Of a DNA stretch of 64,000 nt, positions 29,722 through 38,365 are shown piece after piece. The translations under genes and the position numbers were made by a program. The DNA lies in assembly GCA_964401055.1 (NCBI GenBank), contig CAYNWW010000001.1, positions 105,003 through 169,002 on the forward strand. The letters run 5' to 3'. The DNA comes from an uncultured Candidatus Saccharibacteria bacterium. GTDB lineage: Bacteria > Patescibacteriota > JAUYIX01 > CAYNWW01. The notes beneath the pieces were generated by a model, which saw only the letters and a program-made list of their open reading frames with translations, ran no database searches and had not been told where the DNA came from. Each line of letters begins with the position of its first letter. Position 1 is the stretch's first letter.

Positions 29722-30786
29722 TTAGAGTTCGATTTCTGAATTATCTCCGGCCACGATTCGATGACCGTGAGGAAGTGTTGTCAAGTGTGAAGATATGCGA
29801 CAATTGGATCCGATGAGTGAGTTGACAATGCGCTGCCCCGCAGAAATTTGCGAGCCATCCATAATAATTGAGCCATCAACTTCAGTTTCATTGACATGCA
29901 CGCCGTTTCCAACAGAAGTATAGGCACCGATGAAGCTGTGATCGATGACTGCGTCGCGGCCAATGATGACCGGGCCTTGGATGCGTGATCCATTCAAAAT
30001 TTTTGCGCCTTTTTCAATGATAACGCGGCCCTTGACTGACGAATCCGCTGACACTTCCCCTTCGCGGCGGTCGTGAATTTCATCCAATACCAGCTGATTG
30101 CCTTCGAGCAAATCTTCCGGTCGACCGGTGTCTTTCCAAAATCCTTCCACCTTGGAGCTTTGGACTTTTTTACCATGATCCATGAGCCATTGAATGGCGT
30201 CGACGATCTCGAGCTCGCCGCGTGCAGATGGCTTGATTTGGCCTGATGCTTCGATAATGCTCGGGCGGAAGGCATAAATGCCTACCACTGCGAGATTGGA
30301 CTTTGGTTCTTTTGGCTTTTCTACCAAGCGGCTGATAGTGTGATCCGGATTGAGTTCGGCTACGCCAAATGAGGACGGGTTTGGCACTTCGGTGAGCATA
30401 ATGCTTGCTTCTTCGGTAAAGTTGGAGACAAATTTTTGAATACCACCACGGAGAATATTGTCGCCGAGATACATGACAAAAGGATCGGCGCCGAGGAATT
30501 CGCGCGCGATCAAAATACAGTGTGCAAGGCCGCGTGGTGCGTCTTGTTCGATGTAGGTAATGTGGGTGTCTGCGCCCCAACGATCACCTGTTCCAACGAC
30601 TTGCTTGACTTGTTCTTTGTTGGGACCGACGATGATGCCGATGTCATGGATGCCGGCATCGACGAGGTCTTGGATCACGTAAAAAATAATCGGCCGGTTC
30701 GCGATCGGGACGAGTTGTTTTTGGGTGGTGTAGGTAATCGGGCGGAGGCGGGTTCCGTGGCCGCCGGAGAGGATGAGGCCTTTCAT
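29722..30786 (-). CDS. rmlA: Glucose-1-phosphate thymidylyltransferase (long form)
   Basis: GGHGTRLRPIT...KQLVP, EKP, SARGELEI, WKDTG. Confidence 0.93.
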   Translation of the reverse strand: MKGLILSGGHGTRLRPITYTTQKQLVPIANRPIIFYVIQDLVDAGIHDIGIIVGPNKEQVKQVVGTGDRWGADTHITYIEQDAPRGLAHCILIAREFLGADPFVMYLGDNILRGGIQKFVSNFTEEASIMLTEVPNPSSFGVAELNPDHTISRLVEKPKEPKSNLAVVGIYAFRPSIIEASGQIKPSARGELEIVDAIQWLMDHGKKVQSSKVEGFWKDTGRPEDLLEGNQLVLDEIHDRREGEVSADSSVKGRVIIEKGAKILNGSRIQGPVIIGRDAVIDHSFIGAYTSVGNGVHVNETEVDGSIIMDGSQISAGQRIVNSLIGSNCRISSHLTTLPHGHRIVAGDNSEIEL

Positions 30787-31640
30787 GAGTGAGAGTGATA
30801 GTTGTTCAAATAATCCTTCAGCGCCGCTTTCCAGCTGCGCAATGGCTTGAGCTTGGTATTGTTGAGAACGGAATATTCCGGGCGGCGTGCCGGGCGTGGA
30901 AATTCGGCTGTGGTACAGGGATTGACCGTGACGCGCGTGTTGGTTTGACGGAAAATTTCTTGGGCGAATTCAAACCATGTGCATTCGCCGGAATTCGTCA
31001 CGTGGTAGATGCCAAATGGCGCCTTTTTTTCCACGATGGCGCGGACTTGGCGCGCGAGATCGCGGGTAAATGTCGGGCGGCCGTGCTGGTCGTTGACTAC
31101 GCTGAGTGTATCACGCTCGGATGCGAGCTTCAACATGGTGTCGACGAAATTTTTGCCGCGCGCGCCGTAGAGCCAGGCGGTGCGGATGATGTAGGCGCGG
31201 TCGGTTTGTTCTTGCAGGAGTGTCTCGCCGCGGAGCTTGGACACGCCGTACATACTAAGCGGGCCGAGGTGTTCGCGGTCGTCTTCGTCATAGCCTTGGG
31301 TGCGTGTGCCGTCAAAGACGTAATCCGTACTGAAATGCACCACGGTCGCGCCGATTTTTTCTGCGGCCGCTGCGATGTTGCCCACGCCTTCCCCATTGAC
31401 GTTCATGCACGCGTCTTTTTCTGTTTCGCAGGCGTCGACGTTGGTAAATGCGGCTGAGTTGATGATGACGTCGGGTCTCGGGTTGAGTGAGGTGATTTTT
31501 TGTTCAGTCGCGGCGGCGTCGGTGATGTCGATTTCATCGCGATCCCAGCCTATCGGTTTCCAGGCGGCAAATTCGTCCATCAAATCCTGGCCAAGCATGC
31601 CGCGCGCGCCGATGATCAACAGATGCGGATGTTGTTTCAT
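30783..31640 (-). CDS. rmlD: dTDP-4-dehydrorhamnose reductase
   Basis: GARGMLG, AAFTNVD..E, STDYVFDG, YGVSK, RP.YS.L. Confidence 0.94.
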   Translation of the reverse strand: MKQHPHLLIIGARGMLGQDLMDEFAAWKPIGWDRDEIDITDAAATEQKITSLNPRPDVIINSAAFTNVDACETEKDACMNVNGEGVGNIAAAAEKIGATVVHFSTDYVFDGTRTQGYDEDDREHLGPLSMYGVSKLRGETLLQEQTDRAYIIRTAWLYGARGKNFVDTMLKLASERDTLSVVNDQHGRPTFTRDLARQVRAIVEKKAPFGIYHVTNSGECTWFEFAQEIFRQTNTRVTVNPCTTAEFPRPARRPEYSVLNNTKLKPLRSWKAALKDYLNNYHSHS

Positions 31641-32182
31641 AGTGTTGGGATAAATGGTTTGGCAATGGCGAGGGCGGCAAGGGTCATCCCCTCTTTGCTT
31701 TCGTCTTGGAGTAGGGTGCGCATGACGTCTGCGATGGGTAGGGTGACCACCTCAATGTCTTCGGTATCATCCGGTCGCGCTGATTCTTTGTGCAACTCGC
31801 GCGCGAGAAACACAAACGATTTTTCGCGGACGATGCCATTGCAGGGGACAAAATATCCGAGCGGTGTCAGTGTGCCTGCGACATAGCCGGTTTCCTCGAC
31901 GAGTTCGCGGGTGGCTGCGGCCTCGGGAGTCTCGTCTTTGTGAATTCCGCCGATCGGCAATTCGGTGCGCACGGCTTCGTCAAGGTAGCGGTATTGACGG
32001 ACAAAAATTATCTTGTCGTCGATGATCGGCACAATGGTGACGGAATGATGAGTGTTGACGGGATAATAATGAATTTGTTTGCCGTTGGGCAGCTCGACTT
32101 CTTCGTCGGTAATCCAGTACCAATTGTTTTGGTAGATCGTGCGTTCGGAGATTTTGCGCCAAGGCTTAAGAATTTTTGCCAT
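31637..32182 (-). CDS. Nudix hydrolase
   Basis: Nudix box GGIHKDETPEAAATRELVEETG; start ATG 32182. Confidence 0.9.
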   Translation of the reverse strand: MAKILKPWRKISERTIYQNNWYWITDEEVELPNGKQIHYYPVNTHHSVTIVPIIDDKIIFVRQYRYLDEAVRTELPIGGIHKDETPEAAATRELVEETGYVAGTLTPLGYFVPCNGIVREKSFVFLARELHKESARPDDTEDIEVVTLPIADVMRTLLQDESKEGMTLAALAIAKPFIPTL

Positions 32183-33200
32183 AGTGCTCCTTGTAATACG
32201 CCGCAAATTCCCCGGATTTAATCGGTTTCCACCAGGATTCGTGCGCGCGGAACCAGTCGACTGTCTGAGCAATACCCTCTTCAAATGTCACGCGTGGCGC
32301 CCAGCCGAGCGCGCGGATTTTGGCGGTGTCGACAGCGTAGCGCTGGTCGTGGCCCGGGCGAATTCCTTTTTTGTAGGTGATGAGTTTTTCTGACGCACCG
32401 GTGAGGCGGATGATGGTGCGCGTGAGTTCGAGGTTGGTGATTTCGGGCTGTTGACCGGCGCCGACGTTGTAGATTTCACCGACCGTGCCTTTGTGCAACA
32501 CGAGGTCGATCGCGCGGCAATGGTCGGTGACAAAAAGCCAATCGCGAATTTGCGAGCCGTCGTCATAGACCGGCAGTTCGCGTGCGGCGCCCGTGAGAGA
32601 CTCGAGCGCGTTGGTTATGAAGAGCGGGATGATTTTTTCCGGATAATGAAAAGGCCCGTAGTTGTTGGTGCACCGCGTGATCATGACCGGCAGGCCGTAG
32701 GTGCGGTGCGCGGCAATGACTTGGAGATCGCCGCCAGCCTTGCTTGCGGCATAGGGACTGGATGGCTTGAGCAGATCGGTTTCGCGTGCAAATGCTCCGT
32801 CGTGCATGTCGCCGTAGACTTCATCGGTACTGATTTGGATAAATTTGCTGATGTTGTGTTGACGTATGGCGTCGAGCAAGGTAAATGTGCCGAGGACGTC
32901 AGTCAGAATAAAATCACCCGCGTTTTTGATGGAGCGGTCGACATGCGTTTCGGCTGCGAAGTTGATGATGGCATCTGGCTTGTTTGAAGCGAGGGCGCGA
33001 TCAACGGCCGCTGCATCTCGAATGTCGCCTTTGATAAATATGTATCGCTTGTCGCTTGCAATATCTGCGAGATTTGCCGGATTTCCGGCATACGTAAGCG
33101 CGTCAAAATTGGTGACGCGGTAGTTGGGATAGGTCGCGAGGATGTGGCGGATAAAATTGCTTCCGATAAATCCGGCGCCGCCGGTGACAAAAAGGTGCAT
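32166..33200 (-). CDS. rmlB: dTDP-glucose 4,6-dehydratase
   Basis: TGGAGFIGSNF, AAETHVDRSI, STDEVYG, PSSPYAASK; start 33200. Confidence 0.95.
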   Translation of the reverse strand: MHLFVTGGAGFIGSNFIRHILATYPNYRVTNFDALTYAGNPANLADIASDKRYIFIKGDIRDAAAVDRALASNKPDAIINFAAETHVDRSIKNAGDFILTDVLGTFTLLDAIRQHNISKFIQISTDEVYGDMHDGAFARETDLLKPSSPYAASKAGGDLQVIAAHRTYGLPVMITRCTNNYGPFHYPEKIIPLFITNALESLTGAARELPVYDDGSQIRDWLFVTDHCRAIDLVLHKGTVGEIYNVGAGQQPEITNLELTRTIIRLTGASEKLITYKKGIRPGHDQRYAVDTAKIRALGWAPRVTFEEGIAQTVDWFRAHESWWKPIKSGEFAAYYKEHYGKNS

Positions 33201-33244
33201 AATTTTTGAGTGAGAGATATAGCTGTAGAATAGCTCGGTTGACA

Positions 33245-33335
33245 CATTTTTTCAAATGAAAAAACAGCGGGAACACAGATATTGATCTGTGCTCGCCGCT
33301 GTTCTGAATGTGTTGCTGATTTTGCGGTGCGGGAA
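33245..33335 (-). repeat. 91-bp direct repeat, copy 1 (long terminator-like hairpin)
   Basis: 88/91 identical to 34399-34489; AACAGCGG-C-GAGCACAGAT-CAAT-ATCTGTGTTC-CCGCTGTT followed by a T-tract. Confidence 0.92.
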
Positions 33336-33336
33336 A

Positions 33337-33516
33337 CTATTTTTTGCTCAAGGCTTGCAGGCATGTGTTGCGCTCCGACTCCAGATCTTCAATAAATGCA
33401 TTTGCTATGGACTGCTCCTTATTTAGACCCATGATGCGGATTGCAAGAAGGGTGTTACCTAGGATGCTAATCAATAATAAAATAGTTGCGATTGATAACT
33501 GGGTTTTTTCGTTCAT
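33337..33516 (-). CDS. Small single-TM orphan protein
   Basis: MNEKTQLSIATILLLISILGNTLLAI; the stop abuts the repeat. Confidence 0.55.
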   Translation of the reverse strand: MNEKTQLSIATILLLISILGNTLLAIRIMGLNKEQSIANAFIEDLESERNTCLQALSKK

Positions 33517-33607
33517 GAGTAATTGTGTTGATAAAATAAAAATGTGAGGAAGAGTGGCTGAAGCATATTCGCCGTCAGAATTCTTCCTCATGAGTATAGC
33601 TTGTTGT

Positions 33608-34252
33608 CTAATATTTGCGTATCACAATGGTATCCATGTACAAGAAAAGATACACTGGGAGGCAAATATAAACGTTATAATTGTCGCGCTGCCCGTCCTT
33701 TGTCTGCTCATACACGCGAGATCTGAACTTTCCCAGATGAGTGAGCGCCATATAGAGGCGCACGTAATCGCTTGATGATGTCCACTTTAGCAATGGTCTG
33801 AGCTCAGCCAAGCTTTCGGCATGGTTTCCCAAATAAAAGCTAACCATCGCATCATCGCTATCGCTGCCACAATCACCAGGTTGAAAGCGATAACAATTTG
33901 GACCCACCTGGTATTTTAGTCCTGACGTAGTAGACCTTTCTTCAATATCCTCCTTCGCCCAACTTGCACCCCAGTAACCCGGCGCACAGAGTGGTAATGA
34001 AGAAGTTTGCGTATTTACTAGATTGTCATCAAGTTCCGGGTAGATATTCTCGCGCTCCATAGTTGCTAAGACTTGTCTCTGTTGATGGGTTGGCAGTTGC
34101 TTGATTACATTGAGGTCTCCTGTGACAACCTGGTTGATGTAGTCGAGCAACTCGTTTCCGCTCAGCAGTTGTTCGTTCCGCGCATATGCAATTCCTGCGC
34201 CAATGCTTATGGCGAGCATAAACAGGCCGATTCTTTTGTATGCGAACTTCAT
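33608..34252 (-). CDS. Secreted Cys-containing orphan protein
   Basis: GGAGG SD before ATG 34252; signal peptide ending AYA. Confidence 0.75.
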   Translation of the reverse strand: MKFAYKRIGLFMLAISIGAGIAYARNEQLLSGNELLDYINQVVTGDLNVIKQLPTHQQRQVLATMERENIYPELDDNLVNTQTSSLPLCAPGYWGASWAKEDIEERSTTSGLKYQVGPNCYRFQPGDCGSDSDDAMVSFYLGNHAESLAELRPLLKWTSSSDYVRLYMALTHLGKFRSRVYEQTKDGQRDNYNVYICLPVYLFLYMDTIVIRKY

Positions 34253-34398
34253 CGTTATTCCTCCATCTCGGTGACCAGTCATTGATCACCACGAGTAGAT
34301 TGTAGCAATAGAAGATAAAATTATAATAAAAATATGTTAAAAAAATGATAAAATTTTTTCTGTCCTGTGTATAACTCTATTATTCGAGCCGGCTGAGG

Positions 34399-34489
34399 CA
34401 TTTTTTCAAATGAAAAAACAGCGGGAACACAGATATTGATCTGTGCTCGCCGCTGTTGTGAGTGTGTTGCTGATTTTGCGGTGCGCGAA
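34399..34489 (-). repeat. 91-bp direct repeat, copy 2
   Basis: Offset 1154 bp from copy 1; 3 mismatches, all outside the stem. Confidence 0.92.
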
Positions 34490-34510
34490 TTCCTCCTAAG
34501 GAATTTTTTA

Positions 34511-36889
34511 CTATGGCCACTCGTACGTGCACGCCGGCTTGGGAGTCGGAGTGCGAGTTTGGGTGGGCGTCTGCGTTTTGGTGCGTGTTGGTGTTACTGT
34601 GGCAGAAGCCATTCGAGTGGGTGTACGAGTTGGGGTTGCGGTGCGCGGCATCCGAGTCGGTGTGCGCGTCGCGGTTGGAGGTTGGGTTGTGGGCGTGCGG
34701 GTTGGTGTCCAGGTCGCAGGCATCGGTGTCATCGTCTTGGTCTTAGTGGCCGTGGCGATGGCTGTCGGTGTTGCGGTCGGGGTGGCAACTTCGCACACCG
34801 CAATGTGAACACCTGAAATCGAAGTGACATCAGGCGCGACAATTGCAATGTCTCCGGTTGCTTCATTGATGGTGAGCTGAGCCGTATTCGCGCTGTTCGC
34901 GTGGCTCAGATCGAGGTAATTGGTTGAGCCTGTTATGTTGGTATATGGATTGCCGCATGCAGCAGGCGTGGTGCACGAAGGGTCTTCGTACCAGATTACC
35001 TGGTTGTCTGCCGGAACTTGTGAAATCGGAGACATCCAGGCATGCATCAGCTCAGTTTCAGTTCCCATCAGAACGAGAGTTCCTTGGGAGCCGTTTTCCA
35101 TCAAGCCGACGGAAATTTCTACTGCTGGACAGCTGAAGCTCGGCGTTGGGGTTGTGGTTGAGACGGAAGTCGGTGTATTTGTCGCCATCCACGTCGGCGT
35201 ATGCGTCGGTGTGGTGGTGTTTGTTGCCGTCTTCGTTGCGGTCATGGTCGCTTGAGGCGTCCACGTCCACGTTGGTGTCGAGCTCGGGATCCAGGTCGGT
35301 GTTGGTGTGGTCGAAGTCCAGAGATAGACAACATTCACGCTTGTCACAGCCGAATCTAGGATCCAGATATCGAGTGAGTCTTTGTATAGATTCGTCCCTC
35401 CAAGATCAACGAATCCGAAATTCAGATAGCTATTTCCACTTTTTGCATTACCACATCGAGGAGCGGGTGGCGCCGGAGGAGATGCGCATTGGGGATCTGA
35501 GTACCACGTGCCTGGCCCACTAGGTGGCGCGGCAAGCGGTGGAAGAAATGCTTGTTGAAGGGTGTTGGGATCGCCGGCAACTGTGAGGGTGCCGACAGTG
35601 CCTTGAGTTGAGAGCGAGACCAGCACATGACCGGGCGTCTGGCTCTGTGCCAGATTGGCCGAGACAAGTGCTGCCGTGATCATCACGGTGAGAAATTTGT
35701 GCGATCGTCGTATGGCCTTTCTTGCAATTGCGACGATGGTTAGAATGAATGCCAACAAACCCAGATGCGTGAGATCGGCAACGCGCTGAGGCTGAACGCC
35801 TGCGCGCATCACGAGGATCTCGTCCGCAGCTTGGGCTGCAGGGATGTAGAGAAACCCATCATGTCCAGTCGGCTGCATGATTTGCAACTGAGAGGGTTTG
35901 AGGCTTTCGAGAAGAGAAACATTTGCGTTGTGCGTGACGCCATTTATTACCGCGGAAATATTTCCGCATCTACCCGTCAGGCCTTGTGGGCACGACGAGC
36001 GATTTTCCCAGACAAGCGGTGCATCCATTGGCACTGCGACCGAAAAAATCTTGGTAAAATCTCCGTCCATCGGAATGGTGAACTGAGTGATGGTTTGGAT
36101 GGTGCCGAGTTTGACCTCGCCCATCGTCGGAAGCACGGGCAAATTTTCGTAACTGGTCATGTGCGCGTACGCACTTGTACTGCTCACGCGCGAGACGCCC
36201 GAGAGGCGCCACGGTTGTGAAAAGTTTGCAGTTGATACTGTGCTTGTTGACCCGTCGCTCGCCCCAATCATAAATGCATTGGGCATTGCCGGGTTGACTT
36301 GGTACCAAGCTTTCGTTGCTTTGAGTGGTAGTGAAAACCCTTCGAGCACTCCATTGTCGTTGAGGGCGTTGACGATGAGGTCGGGTGACACTGCGTGTTG
36401 CTCAGACTTGGCAACAATCAAGGTTTCTGAAACAACTGCGCCGCCCCGAACTTGCATCACGATGCTGTTGCCGACAATGTCGATCGCTAGAGTATCCGGC
36501 GTGGAGCTTTTGACCGCAATTGCTGCCACGTTGAGCCAGCTGATGATGGTTGATCCATCAAGTGTGACCCCGACGTTGGAAATCATCGGATTTGCGGAAG
36601 GAGCCCAGATTAATATCACTTCGTTAGCGTCGGTCGGCCAGCTTTCGGTCAAGCCTCCGATCTGGTTATGTGTATCCGTCGACCAGAGCTTGCAGCCTAT
36701 AATCGGTCTGTCGCAAGGAATTCCACACTCGAGCACGTACGGGGTTTTCACCCAATCCGCGCCGAGTGAGATGGAAGGCTGATGAATGATTTTGCTGGAC
36801 AAATCAATTGTCCCTTCAATTTCCTTTGCACCAAACGCATTGGAAATTGACATGAATAATACTACGAACGTCACTGCGAAAAATCGCAT
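34511..36889 (-). CDS. Large secreted orphan with internal TM hairpin, duplicated Cys domain and Thr/Pro linkers
   Basis: AGGAGG SD, signal peptide, two internal hydrophobic segments, two WYxDPxC..CGN domains, TPT repeats. Confidence 0.82.
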   Translation of the reverse strand: MRFFAVTFVVLFMSISNAFGAKEIEGTIDLSSKIIHQPSISLGADWVKTPYVLECGIPCDRPIIGCKLWSTDTHNQIGGLTESWPTDANEVILIWAPSANPMISNVGVTLDGSTIISWLNVAAIAVKSSTPDTLAIDIVGNSIVMQVRGGAVVSETLIVAKSEQHAVSPDLIVNALNDNGVLEGFSLPLKATKAWYQVNPAMPNAFMIGASDGSTSTVSTANFSQPWRLSGVSRVSSTSAYAHMTSYENLPVLPTMGEVKLGTIQTITQFTIPMDGDFTKIFSVAVPMDAPLVWENRSSCPQGLTGRCGNISAVINGVTHNANVSLLESLKPSQLQIMQPTGHDGFLYIPAAQAADEILVMRAGVQPQRVADLTHLGLLAFILTIVAIARKAIRRSHKFLTVMITAALVSANLAQSQTPGHVLVSLSTQGTVGTLTVAGDPNTLQQAFLPPLAAPPSGPGTWYSDPQCASPPAPPAPRCGNAKSGNSYLNFGFVDLGGTNLYKDSLDIWILDSAVTSVNVVYLWTSTTPTPTWIPSSTPTWTWTPQATMTATKTATNTTTPTHTPTWMATNTPTSVSTTTPTPSFSCPAVEISVGLMENGSQGTLVLMGTETELMHAWMSPISQVPADNQVIWYEDPSCTTPAACGNPYTNITGSTNYLDLSHANSANTAQLTINEATGDIAIVAPDVTSISGVHIAVCEVATPTATPTAIATATKTKTMTPMPATWTPTRTPTTQPPTATRTPTRMPRTATPTRTPTRMASATVTPTRTKTQTPTQTRTPTPKPACTYEWP

Positions 36890-36973
36890 GGCGATGCTCC
36901 TCCTAATTGAGATCTATTTTGTTAACGAGCGGTCGAAACCTGCTCAGATCGCTGCGTGTGGTGCGTGCGTATA

Positions 36974-38365
36974 CTACGCCTGCGCGGCGGTCCGAGAAGA
37001 TTTCTGCGTGAGCTGTGCTGAGACGACCAGAAGCGCCATCAAAAACCAGGCGATGCCCAGCCAAAATCCGGTGGTGATTTGAAAACTCACCAGCATGAGC
37101 ACGTTGGTCAGGAAGAGCGCAAACAAGATGAGGCGAAGTTGCGGATCAGTATCCGTGCGTGCGAGTGCTTGTCGTGCGAGCAGAAAAAACCGCCACAGAA
37201 TAATGAGAAACACCACGAGCCCGATGACGCCGGTGTCGTTGAGTACGGTCAAAAAAATGTTGGTGAGAAATGGTTCGTAGCCGGCGATCTCACGGTCGCG
37301 TTCTTGGACAAACGGCGTAATGCCGATGATTTTATAACTGCCCGGGCCATTGCCCAGGAGTGGTTTTTCTTGAATATGTGTAAATGAGTCCAGCATGGTC
37401 TGGACACGCGGCTCTTCGTTGAGTGTTTGGGGATTTGTGATACTTGCGAATCGGTCATGAATTACGGATTGCACTTGGGGTACGGCGATGGCAAGGATGA
37501 TGACTAGAAGCGCGGATGCGATGCCGCCAAACACAAACAAGCGCGAACGGACAAGCGCATGTTTATTGTCGCGCGTTACCAGGCGATGGTGAAGCGCCGG
37601 CACGAGTGCAATCCCGGCCGCAAGTGCAACCCACGACCCGCGCGTCACTGATAAGATGTTGCCGAGCAAAAATGCCGCGCTGATGAACACAAGCGTAGAT
37701 TTATTTCTCATTTCGCGCATGGAGATTGCGAGCACGCCTGTGATGAAAAACAACAGCGCGGTCGCAAAGCCAAACCAGTCCGGCTCGACAAATGTGCCGT
37801 ACGGGCGGCCGAAGGAAATAATATCCGATTGCATTTTTTCCATCAGCGGCAGGTTGATATGCAAAAGCGCCACCGCCATTTGGCTTCCGATTTGGTACAA
37901 GCCGATCGTCAATTCCATCAAGCCTGCGGCGAAGAAATATTTGAGTACGGCGACAAACGATTGGCGCGTCCAACCGAAATTGGTGAGGATGAAATACAGC
38001 ATGGTCAGGAGCACGATCACGCTGCCGACTTTGATGCTTTGGTAGGCGTCGACTGCTTGAGTGATTGCTCCGATGTTGATCAGCGCATACAGTGCGAGCG
38101 GACCGTCGAGCGGCGTGCGATTCCATTTTTTTGCGCGGCGCACGAATACATCAAACATCAGGCGCGCGAATAGGATGACGATGAGTATGTGATAGATGCG
38201 GATGCGCGCGCCGGCGACCGAGAGTGAAAATGCATCAGACTCAAGAAACAGTGAAGGCGCGAGAAGAGCGAGGCCGAAGGTCGGCTTGAGAAAAATGGCT
38301 ACGCCGAATGCAGTCAGTACGACCGTTGCAATGACGATGAGCTCAGGTGAGAAAAAATTATTCAT
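36974..38365 (-). CDS. O-antigen ligase/Wzy_C family protein
   Basis: RPYGTFVEPDWFG, TRGSWV, PLLGNGPG, many TMs. Confidence 0.85.
   Translation of the reverse strand: MNNFFSPELIVIATVVLTAFGVAIFLKPTFGLALLAPSLFLESDAFSLSVAGARIRIYHILIVILFARLMFDVFVRRAKKWNRTPLDGPLALYALINIGAITQAVDAYQSIKVGSVIVLLTMLYFILTNFGWTRQSFVAVLKYFFAAGLMELTIGLYQIGSQMAVALLHINLPLMEKMQSDIISFGRPYGTFVEPDWFGFATALLFFITGVLAISMREMRNKSTLVFISAAFLLGNILSVTRGSWVALAAGIALVPALHHRLVTRDNKHALVRSRLFVFGGIASALLVIILAIAVPQVQSVIHDRFASITNPQTLNEEPRVQTMLDSFTHIQEKPLLGNGPGSYKIIGITPFVQERDREIAGYEPFLTNIFLTVLNDTGVIGLVVFLIILWRFFLLARQALARTDTDPQLRLILFALFLTNVLMLVSFQITTGFWLGIAWFLMALLVVSAQLTQKSSRTAAQA

Noticed and set aside
33245-34489. 91-bp repeats as canonical integron attC sites or CRISPR repeats
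   Set aside because: The stem has AAC..GTT ends and a bulge but no RYYYAAC/GTTRRRY boxes or unpaired central spacer. There are only two copies, 1154 bp apart, and no intI or cas gene.
34530-34800. G/T-rich quasi-periodic DNA as a tandem or guide array
   Set aside because: Explained by Thr/Pro codons of the 792-aa protein; the same applies at 35150-35310 and 44570-44720
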